DNA of 35,746 nucleotides from an uncultured Pseudomonadales bacterium (GTDB lineage: Bacteria > Patescibacteriota > Microgenomatia > UBA1400 > PJMF01): contig CAZZDG010000003.1 of assembly GCA_964652415.1 (NCBI GenBank), forward strand, positions 1 to 35,746. Reading direction: 5' to 3'. Both the position numbers and the translations under genes were made by a program. Below, piece by piece: positions 7,660 to 15,077 of the stretch; position 1 is the stretch's first letter; every line of letters begins with the position of its first letter. The notes beneath the pieces were generated by a model. It saw only the letters and a program-made list of their open reading frames with translations. It was not told where the DNA came from and ran no database searches.

Positions 7660-10600
7660 TTAAACTTTCTCTATTATATCCGAATTTTCCAAAAACTTAA
7701 GCTCCCTAATTTCACGCATGACTTCCAAGATCAACTGCTTGAGGTCTAACACTGCTTTGTCAGAAATCGTAAATCTACGCGTTGTGTGTTTATCTTTATG
7801 AACTCCATCAGGTTCAACAAAATCAAACTCAACTTGCTCAACAGAATAGTGAAAAGTTGGGTCTAACTCTGCTAGTAATTTATAAAATACCATTTGCCGT
7901 TGTAATCTACCTCGAATCGTCTGTGGCAACTCTAGTTCTCGCTCTGAATAACCACTTGTATTTGCTCCACCAATAATAACATTTTCTGATTTTGGGCCAC
8001 CAGTTTTGTAATCAATGACTCGTACTGTCTTTGCTGCATCATTAAGTAAATCTACCCTATCAATTCTACCAGATAGCTGAATTTCTTGTTCCCCATCAAA
8101 CAAAACAGTTTTGTTAAGCCTACCGCCAAAAAACTTTTCAACAAACAAAGGTGCCTTCTGTCGGTCAACATCACTCAAACTACTCAACACTGCGTCATAG
8201 TAGAAATCAAACACCTTTTTACCATGAGCTAATCTATCTATAAAATCATTTCCAGATAAAAATTCTTTTTGTAATGCATACTCAAAAAATTGCAATACAC
8301 TTTCTTTTGGTAAATTAGTTCCACTCTTTTTCAATTCACCGTAGAATTGTTCAAGTGCATAATGAACTGCTGTACCAAATGAAAGTACGGGGGTTTTTGC
8401 CCTTGGTACCCGAAGTAGTGAATTAATCATAAACTCATGAGGATCTTCAAGGTAGTTGTTTAAAGCTGTCACAGATAACTGAAATTCAGACACCAGCTGT
8501 GTAAAAAATTCTCGCATCTGTTGTGTATATATTGCTTCGGAAACAGTTGAGCTTGTCAATAACTTCTCTAATAATTTTTCAGAATTCTCCAACAATTTCT
8601 TATTCTCTGAATCGGCCAACGGTATTGCTTTTTCACCTAATTCTGAAATAAACATTGAACCAAGTAAATCTTTCCCATCAGCTCGCATTTTTGAAAAAGT
8701 TAGGTACGCCTTCTTGCTGGCTCGAGTTAACGCCACATAAAAGAGTCTGCGATCATCTTCATTCTTTTCTTTTTTCTCAACATCAACAGTTCTTAAAATA
8801 CTTTCTGGCAATGGCAGTAACTCGCGCGACCTTCCATTACCCCATTTTTTATCTACACACCCAATTACAAAAACGTACTGCCATTCTTTTCCTTTTGCGC
8901 TGTGTGCAGTAGAAAGAGCAACTCTGTTTTTAGTTAACTTAAAATCTTCAATCGGGATTTTAATATTGTGCTCGCGCATGACAGTGAGTCTTTGCAGAAA
9001 TTGATCTAATCCAAACTGTCGATCAGCATTCACAAACTGTTTGACGACGCTATACAAAGAGTTGAGTGCAAACAAATGGTTTGTTTTTACAGTTTCCGTA
9101 AGAATAAAGTCACTAAAACCAAAACCATCCGGTTTTTTTTCTTCACCATCTTGTGTTACATCTGCATTATTTTTTGAAATGAGTAAACTAAACCATTCAT
9201 GAAACAACATATTTTTGCTCAGGTTATACCAAGAAATTAACTTTTGTTTAAAAGTTACAGCTTGTTGAAACTCAACTTGAGTCAAACCATAATTTTCTGC
9301 TATATCAATAAAATCGAATTCTAAAACCTCACCAATTGTTTTGTGTATCTTTCCAGCAATTCGAGCTAGCTTATACACCATAACTCTGTCCAAGCCAACC
9401 CAACTATACTGCATAACTTCAAATAATTTAAGCGTGTCTGAACCCAATGCAACTTCTTGCATTGCTTGTAAAAAATGAAGCAATTGGATAATAAGCAAGT
9501 CTTCTAAAACAGAACCACCGATTGAAAGTTCAAAAGGTATCTCCCACTTTGTGAAAATTTCTTGTAATGCTTGTGCCTCTTTGTTGTTCCGATACAAAAC
9601 TGCAATTTCTTCTAATAACACACCATTCTTTTGTAACTTTTTTATTTCTTCAGCCACAAAAAGTAATTCAACTGTTTCACTTTCAGCCTGGTATGTTGTA
9701 ATAAAACTGTCAACTCCTTTTGCAGAAACCAGTTTTTGCGTCAGTGCTTTTGATAACTGACCACCACCAGAAAAATCTAAACTATTATGAGAAATCAATT
9801 CGTGTGCAGCATCATATAACTCTTGATAACATCTGTACCCAGTTTTGAGTGTAATAATTTGAGTTTCTGAGTACCGTGAAACAAACTCAAGCATATTTTC
9901 TGTAGACGCCCCTTGAAATCTAAAAACAGATTGGTGTGGATCACCAACAACAAAAATATTAGGATTTTCGTCCCAAAATGAACCCAATAATTCTACAATT
10001 TTATTTTGGCTTGCATTAGTATCCTGATATTCATCAACTAAAATATATTGAAATCGCTCCTGATAATCTAGGAGCAACTCTTCATCAGATTCAAATGCCT
10101 GAACCACAAAAATAATCATGTCATCAAAGTCATAACGCTTACGCTTTTGCAACTCTGCTGAGTATTTTGTGAACACTGTGTGTAGTTCTTTTTGTTTCGC
10201 TAGATTTTTTGCTTTTTGTAATAGTGAGGCAGAAAGTTTCGTCTTGGATTTTTTGCCACTGTTTGCTTTTGCATTTTGATCTTCCCAGTACTCAATTGTT
10301 TCTTGTTCTAATTCCAATTTTTCTGATTCTAAAATCTCTGCAAATTTTTCTGGATTTACATATTCTCTTTTTAACTCTGAAATTCTTTTAATCACTTCTT
10401 CTAAATAATGTAACGGACTGCCCAGAGGTTTCAGATCTTTTAAGTTCGAGTTTAATAGTAAATACTCAAAAATTTCAAATCGCTCAAAATTTGAAAGTGG
10501 TTCGCTCCCTTTTTTTATAGGAAATTTTTCTGGATAATTAATAATAACTTCACTAGCAAAGCCATGAAACGTCATAATGTTGACATAATAGCCTTGTGTG

Positions 10601-10848
10601 CCAATCAAAGAGACAATCCGCTGTCGCATATTTTGCGCAGCAGCATCGGTAAAAGTAAGGGCGAGAATATTTTGCGGATTTTGGTCAGTTTCTAAAAGAA
10701 TTTTTGCAACACGTGTCGCAAGCACTTGGGTCTTACCAGTCCCAGGACCTGCCATAACCATGACTGGACCATCAATTGTATCAACAGCCTTTTTTTGTTC
10801 AGGGTTGAGTTTGTTATAGGCGGTAGTGAAGTTTTGGTTTTCCTGCAT
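7660..10848 (-). CDS. UvrD/PcrA-type SF1 DNA helicase fused to a C-terminal RecB-family PD-(D/E)XK nuclease (AddA-like single chain)
   Basis: 1062 aa. Helicase motifs: AGPGTGKTQV (Walker A), LVDEYQDTN (motif II), VVGDPHQSVFRFQGA (motif III), TAHSAKGKEW and FYVALTRA (motifs V/VI). C-terminal nuclease motifs: GRIDRVD ... VIDYKTG ... QMVFYKLL. Confidence 0.9.
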   Translation of the reverse strand: MQENQNFTTAYNKLNPEQKKAVDTIDGPVMVMAGPGTGKTQVLATRVAKILLETDQNPQNILALTFTDAAAQNMRQRIVSLIGTQGYYVNIMTFHGFASEVIINYPEKFPIKKGSEPLSNFERFEIFEYLLLNSNLKDLKPLGSPLHYLEEVIKRISELKREYVNPEKFAEILESEKLELEQETIEYWEDQNAKANSGKKSKTKLSASLLQKAKNLAKQKELHTVFTKYSAELQKRKRYDFDDMIIFVVQAFESDEELLLDYQERFQYILVDEYQDTNASQNKIVELLGSFWDENPNIFVVGDPHQSVFRFQGASTENMLEFVSRYSETQIITLKTGYRCYQELYDAAHELISHNSLDFSGGGQLSKALTQKLVSAKGVDSFITTYQAESETVELLFVAEEIKKLQKNGVLLEEIAVLYRNNKEAQALQEIFTKWEIPFELSIGGSVLEDLLIIQLLHFLQAMQEVALGSDTLKLFEVMQYSWVGLDRVMVYKLARIAGKIHKTIGEVLEFDFIDIAENYGLTQVEFQQAVTFKQKLISWYNLSKNMLFHEWFSLLISKNNADVTQDGEEKKPDGFGFSDFILTETVKTNHLFALNSLYSVVKQFVNADRQFGLDQFLQRLTVMREHNIKIPIEDFKLTKNRVALSTAHSAKGKEWQYVFVIGCVDKKWGNGRSRELLPLPESILRTVDVEKKEKNEDDRRLFYVALTRASKKAYLTFSKMRADGKDLLGSMFISELGEKAIPLADSENKKLLENSEKLLEKLLTSSTVSEAIYTQQMREFFTQLVSEFQLSVTALNNYLEDPHEFMINSLLRVPRAKTPVLSFGTAVHYALEQFYGELKKSGTNLPKESVLQFFEYALQKEFLSGNDFIDRLAHGKKVFDFYYDAVLSSLSDVDRQKAPLFVEKFFGGRLNKTVLFDGEQEIQLSGRIDRVDLLNDAAKTVRVIDYKTGGPKSENVIIGGANTSGYSERELELPQTIRGRLQRQMVFYKLLAELDPTFHYSVEQVEFDFVEPDGVHKDKHTTRRFTISDKAVLDLKQLILEVMREIRELKFLENSDIIEKV

Positions 10849-10857
10849 TACTGAGTC

Positions 10858-11397
10858 TTATGATATTTTAAGTTTTCGCGCTACAATTTGAATGACACTA
10901 CTTGCTACCGGATCAACAATTTCTCCAGTATCTATCATTTGTAAAGCTTCTAAAATTGGAATAAAGCGCTTTTCTTCCACAAATTCATTAGTATCTGAAA
11001 CGTCTTCGTTCGGCAACTTTACGAAGTTAACTTTAGCAAAAAAAATGGTTTCTTTTTCTGAGGAACCACTACTTAATGGATAAAATTCTATTAATTTCTC
11101 AATTGAAACAACTTCAACTCCAGTTTCTTCTCTGAGCTCACGAACTGCTGACTCTTCTGGATCCGTCCCGTCGATTGCTCCTCCTGGAATACCCCATTCC
11201 ATTTTACCTATTGGATATCTATATTGTTTAATAAGTAAAATCTCTTTACTAGCATTTACCACTGCAACTCCCGCACCGTCACTTCGACGCATATACCCGT
11301 AAATACCTTCTTGACCATTTGGAAATTCTATATCATCTTCAAAGACTTCCATCCATTTGTTTTTATAGACACTCTGGGAACTAAGTTTTTTAAACAT
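10858..11397 (-). CDS. Nudix hydrolase (ADP-ribose pyrophosphatase-like)
   Basis: 179 aa. Nudix box GGAIDGTDPEESAVRELREETGV (REUxEExGU is perfect). The N-terminal YKNKWMEVFEDDIEFPNG is typical of ADPR-pyrophosphatase-type Nudix proteins. Confidence 0.88.
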   Translation of the reverse strand: MFKKLSSQSVYKNKWMEVFEDDIEFPNGQEGIYGYMRRSDGAGVAVVNASKEILLIKQYRYPIGKMEWGIPGGAIDGTDPEESAVRELREETGVEVVSIEKLIEFYPLSSGSSEKETIFFAKVNFVKLPNEDVSDTNEFVEEKRFIPILEALQMIDTGEIVDPVASSVIQIVARKLKIS

Positions 11398-11402
11398 ATG
11401 CT

Positions 11403-12593
11403 TTATTCTAATTCATCTAACCCATCATCCAACTCCAACTGCGCAATTCCCGGCAAACTTCCCCCGATAATTCCTTGCAAATCACCGTACATATTGGAAG
11501 TACTCATAATAACTTTCTCAATTTCTTTCTCGCGTTTACTCCAAATTCTGCTAAACGATCTTTTCTCTGTTTCCAAATCTTCTTTCATACTCACAAACGC
11601 CATCACAATATTTTCTACCCGGTTTTTAAACTGAGCTCCAGATAAATATTTATACAGCATATCCATTTTTTCATCTCGCCCTACCAAAGATTGCTTTACT
11701 TTAGCAACTTCTACCAACTGAATTCGCAAAGCATTCACCAAAGGGATAATATGTGGGTAAGAAACCACCCAGACACCATTTTTTAAACCAAAACCCTTAA
11801 TATCATCAGGAAGTACTTGCGTAACCAAAATTGCAATATCCGCTTTGACTAAACCCTGATCACTCTTGAGTTTAGAAATCCACCCATCACTAAATGCCTT
11901 AGTATTTTTTGATTCCCAAATTATTGTTCCGGAATGTGTCCCAATTTTTGCATTCACTTTTTGCACTAAATCCGCACCTTTTGCTCCAGTTGCCACATCA
12001 CTAATTTCATCAGTTACAAAAGTATGTGCCAACAACTCTCGCAAGTCGTTTTCTTGAACCTCACCTTGAATCTGCATAGAACCTTGCTCAGCTTTTCGCT
12101 TCAAATCACCAATTTGAGCGCGCATCTGTTCAAGCTGCTTATCCTTTTCTTGCAATTTCAAGCGTTGCGCTTCAGCCTCTTCTTTTTTAGTATCTGCAAC
12201 TATTTTGCTTCGCTCTTCATCAAGTTTTCGAGCCATTTCTAGCTCAATTCTCTTTTCTTTTTCTTCTAATTCACGTGATTTTTTCCTCAATTCAAGTTCG
12301 TGCTTTTCAGACTCTTCTAACTTTTTTGAATTTTCTCTTAACTGTTCCTGTAACTCAGCAAGTTCTTTTTCTTTTTGTTTCTGTAGTTCGCCAGTTTCTT
12401 TTTCAACCTTCTCTTGAGCATGTTTTTGAGCGACAAGCCACAATTTCTTTTTTTCTGCTTCAAGTTGAGTTCCATATTCTTTTTTTTGTTGTTCAAGTTT
12501 GTCTTTGAGTTTGTGCTCAACTTCTTGCGAGAGTGCTTGTGTTAGAGGAATTTGTTCTCCACAGTTTGGACAAGTAATAGTTTGATCTGGCAT
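11403..12593 (-). CDS. DUF2130-type protein: N-terminal zinc ribbon, long coiled coil, C-terminal PD-(D/E)XK-like domain
   Basis: 396 aa. It has CPNCGEQI at residues 8-15 and about 150 aa of K/E/Q-rich heptad-like sequence. This is followed by GEVQENDLRELL ... KGADLVQKV ... TIIWESKNTK (an E / D / ExK arrangement). The DUF2130 assignment is from recall. Confidence 0.7.
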   Translation of the reverse strand: MPDQTITCPNCGEQIPLTQALSQEVEHKLKDKLEQQKKEYGTQLEAEKKKLWLVAQKHAQEKVEKETGELQKQKEKELAELQEQLRENSKKLEESEKHELELRKKSRELEEKEKRIELEMARKLDEERSKIVADTKKEEAEAQRLKLQEKDKQLEQMRAQIGDLKRKAEQGSMQIQGEVQENDLRELLAHTFVTDEISDVATGAKGADLVQKVNAKIGTHSGTIIWESKNTKAFSDGWISKLKSDQGLVKADIAILVTQVLPDDIKGFGLKNGVWVVSYPHIIPLVNALRIQLVEVAKVKQSLVGRDEKMDMLYKYLSGAQFKNRVENIVMAFVSMKEDLETEKRSFSRIWSKREKEIEKVIMSTSNMYGDLQGIIGGSLPGIAQLELDDGLDELE

Positions 12594-12602
12594 AATTATT
12601 CT

Positions 12603-12824
12603 TTATTTTTTGTCTTTCAACTTTCTAATTTGAACATCAAGCTGTCGTCCCTTTTGTTGATATATTTTGTTGAGTGGCTCTGGACTAGCAAACTCCTTCT
12701 TGAGGAGATTTTTTCGATCGACTGCGGCTTTCAGAAGCGCTTGGTTCATTCCTAACGCTCTTTTTTGCCCAAAAGAAGTTGGCTTTACAACTCTACTGAT
12801 CCCCAATGGTTTAAAAAATTTCAT
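12603..12824 (-). CDS. small, strongly basic hypothetical protein (73 aa)
   Basis: Its ATG overlaps the stop of the upstream peptidase gene by 4 nt (12821-12824), and its stop lies 9 nt before the DUF2130 start. It is lysine/arginine-rich. No family is recognised; coding is supported mainly by operon packing. Confidence 0.5.
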   Translation of the reverse strand: MKFFKPLGISRVVKPTSFGQKRALGMNQALLKAAVDRKNLLKKEFASPEPLNKIYQQKGRQLDVQIRKLKDKK

Positions 12825-13465
12825 TCCTCTTTCTTTGCCTCTAAAATAAGAACATCATTATCTGTCAGTGCCACAAAAATAATTGCATGATTGAGATAGT
12901 AGTCTACAACTGAGTTTATTTTCTGAGATTCTGGATGATCTGATCGAAAATGAGGAGCAACGCTAAAATCAATCAACCCTAGACCTTGGGTTATTCTCTG
13001 TTTTTGATATTTTTCGGGATTTATCTCAGGATCATCAACAAGCTCTAACCCATCCAAGCTTGGACTTAAGACACACATGCCTGCACTAAATCCAGCATAA
13101 ACAAAGTCGTCCCTCAAAGCTAATTCATTCAAAATTATGTCAAAACCACTTTCTTGAAATGCACGCCTTAAGACAAAGACATTTCCACCACGAACATACA
13201 CAGCATTGAATTGCTCTATTTTTTGCCTGAGCTCCTGTTGTTTGCCAAAATATTCGCGTAAATCAACCTGCTCAACTTCTAAACCTAAGCCTTCGATATC
13301 TCTTTTATCTCTTTGCACTGATTTTGTCAGCTCAAAGTAGTTATTAGTAAAATCAAGAGCATTAGTAATCAAAGCAACTTTTTTGTTTTTTGTAACAGAA
13401 ATCAATAAATTCTTAAATTTTTCTGGATATTCTCCTAATCGGTATGATGCGAGGTAAAGCTTCAT
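12821..13465 (-). CDS. S51 family peptidase (peptidase E / dipeptidase E-like)
   Basis: 214 aa. Motifs: VYVRGGNVFVLRR (the GGNTF-like motif), YAGFSAGMCV (GxSAG nucleophile elbow) and VAPHF (His). It is the first gene of the minus-strand operon. Confidence 0.72.
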   Translation of the reverse strand: MKLYLASYRLGEYPEKFKNLLISVTKNKKVALITNALDFTNNYFELTKSVQRDKRDIEGLGLEVEQVDLREYFGKQQELRQKIEQFNAVYVRGGNVFVLRRAFQESGFDIILNELALRDDFVYAGFSAGMCVLSPSLDGLELVDDPEINPEKYQKQRITQGLGLIDFSVAPHFRSDHPESQKINSVVDYYLNHAIIFVALTDNDVLILEAKKEE

Positions 13466-13668
13466 AGCAACAGCATAACAAAACAGGTAAAAAACTCAAC
13501 TGCAATAGTGCTACAGTTTATGTAAGAAAAGGATAGTAGTATTTACTCAGAAAAACAAAACTGCATATGGTTATTTTGAAAAAAGTTTGCTTTACTTACT
13601 TGTAATCAAAAAACCCAAAGAAAGTTTTGTAACAAAGTATCAGTATATATAACAAAAGCAAGGAACAT

Positions 13669-14733
13669 ATGACAAAAAAAGCTCAAACACAAAATCCTGT
13701 AGAAAACACTAGCGAACAATCAGCTAAACAACAAGCTGTTGCAATTGCAATGCAACAAATTGAAAAAGAATTTGGCAAAGGTTCTGTCATGAAAATGGGT
13801 GATTCAATGCGTAATATGGCAACAGTTCCTGTCGTTTCAACCGGATCTTTAGCCTTAAATCTCGCACTTGGCATCGGAGGATTTCCAAAGGGTAGAATTC
13901 TCGAAATCTATGGACCAGAAGCATCTGGTAAAACAACTCTTTGTTTACACGCCATTGCAAATGTACAAAAAGCTGGTGGAGTTGCCGCATTTATTGACGT
14001 TGAACATGCACTTGATCCACAGAGAGCAGAAAAGATTGGCGTCAATCTCGATGAATTATTAATTTCTCAACCAGACTATGGTGAACAAGCACTTGAAATT
14101 GCTGAAAAGCTGATACGTTCTGGTGGTGTTGAAATTGTCATCATCGACTCTGTTGCAGCATTGGTTCCAAAATCAGAAATTGAGGGTGAAATGGGCGATC
14201 ACCAGATGGGAACTCAAGCTAGACTTATGTCTCAAGCAATGAGAAAACTCACTGGAGCAATTAGTAAAACTAAAACCTTAGTTATTTTCACTAACCAAAT
14301 CCGTCACAAAATTGGCGTCATGTTCGGTTCTCCAGAAACAACCACTGGGGGCAATGCACTTAAGTTCTATGCCTCTATGAGATTAGACATTAGAAAAATT
14401 GGCAACATTCAAGAAGGTGATGCAATTGTTGGCAGTCGCCACAGAGTAAAAGTTAAAAAGAATAAACTAGCTCCTCCATTTCAAGAGGCAGAGTTTGACA
14501 TGGATGCAAACGGAATTTCTATGACTGGAGATGTCGTTGACATCGGTGTTAAAGAAAATGTCATTCAAAAAGCTGGTAGTTTCTTTAAGTATAATGGTGA
14601 AGTTATCGCTCAGGGTCGTGAAGCTACTAAGGCATACTTAGAAGAAAACCCAAATATAATGAAAAAGATGCAAAAAGAAATTTGGGATTCAATTAAAAAA
14701 GAAAACAAAATTGACGAACCAAAAGAAGAATAA
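13669..14733 (+). CDS. recA: recombinase RecA
   Basis: 354 aa. Motifs: [10 protein letters not shown] (Walker A), IIDSVAAL (Walker B), [14 protein letters not shown] and the [30 protein letters not shown]2 region. AAGGA lies 7 nt upstream of the ATG. Confidence 0.98.
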   Translation: MTKKAQTQNPVENTSEQSAKQQAVAIAMQQIEKEFGKGSVMKMGDSMRNMATVPVVSTGSLALNLALGIGGFPKGRILEIYGPEASGKTTLCLHAIANVQKAGGVAAFIDVEHALDPQRAEKIGVNLDELLISQPDYGEQALEIAEKLIRSGGVEIVIIDSVAALVPKSEIEGEMGDHQMGTQARLMSQAMRKLTGAISKTKTLVIFTNQIRHKIGVMFGSPETTTGGNALKFYASMRLDIRKIGNIQEGDAIVGSRHRVKVKKNKLAPPFQEAEFDMDANGISMTGDVVDIGVKENVIQKAGSFFKYNGEVIAQGREATKAYLEENPNIMKKMQKEIWDSIKKENKIDEPKEE

Positions 14734-14756
14734 AAAGTAACAAGAAATGGCAGTCC

Positions 14757-14778
14757 CACCCCGAGTACACTCGAGGTG
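14757..14778 (+). terminator. weak candidate recA terminator hairpin
   Basis: CACCCCGAG (14757-14765), loop TACA, CTCGAGGTG (14770-14778): 9 bp with one mismatch. Only a poor T-tract follows (tgatagtttatt). Confidence 0.3.
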
Positions 14779-14794
14779 TGATAGTTTATTCTCA

Positions 14795-14823
14795 TTGACT
14801 TAACTTGTTTTTGAGAGTACAAT
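14795..14823 (+). promoter_or_regulatory. near-consensus sigma-70 type promoter reading toward rny
   Basis: TTGACT (14795-14800), a 17-nt spacer, then TACAAT (14818-14823). The predicted transcript start is near 14830, giving a leader of about 250 nt before ATG 15078. Confidence 0.55.
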
Positions 14824-15077
14824 GCGAAGGTATGCTCAGATCTCTAAAATAGAGAGGGAAGCAAACAGACTAAAGTATTTTGAAATTATTACAAGAATAG
14901 TACATAATGAGTAACAGAAGATATATAGAGAACGATAAGTTACCACAGTAAATCACTGCTGGGTGTTGTCGTGCAACTCAAATAGTTACTTTTAATTTTC
15001 TCAATACATAAGGATGTTTCCCCCACTACTGATCAAAGCAGTTAATAATTACGTATATTTGAAAAAGTAAGGAACAT

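Noticed and set aside
12024-12508. A stack of plus-strand ORFs (72, 70 and 77 aa) rich in Ser/Phe/Leu, lying opposite the DUF2130 gene
   Set aside because: They mirror the K/E/Q-rich coiled-coil codons (GAA/AAG/CAA read as TTC/CTT/TTG). They are low-complexity, mutually overlapping and have no start context. They are antisense artefacts.
13466-13668. A LexA/SOS-type operator in the divergent recA promoter region
   Set aside because: The GAAC element near both the recA and rny starts (GGAACATATG) lacks the matching GTTC half-site of the Cheo box. No other convincing palindrome was found, and I could not define confident -35/-10 pairs here.
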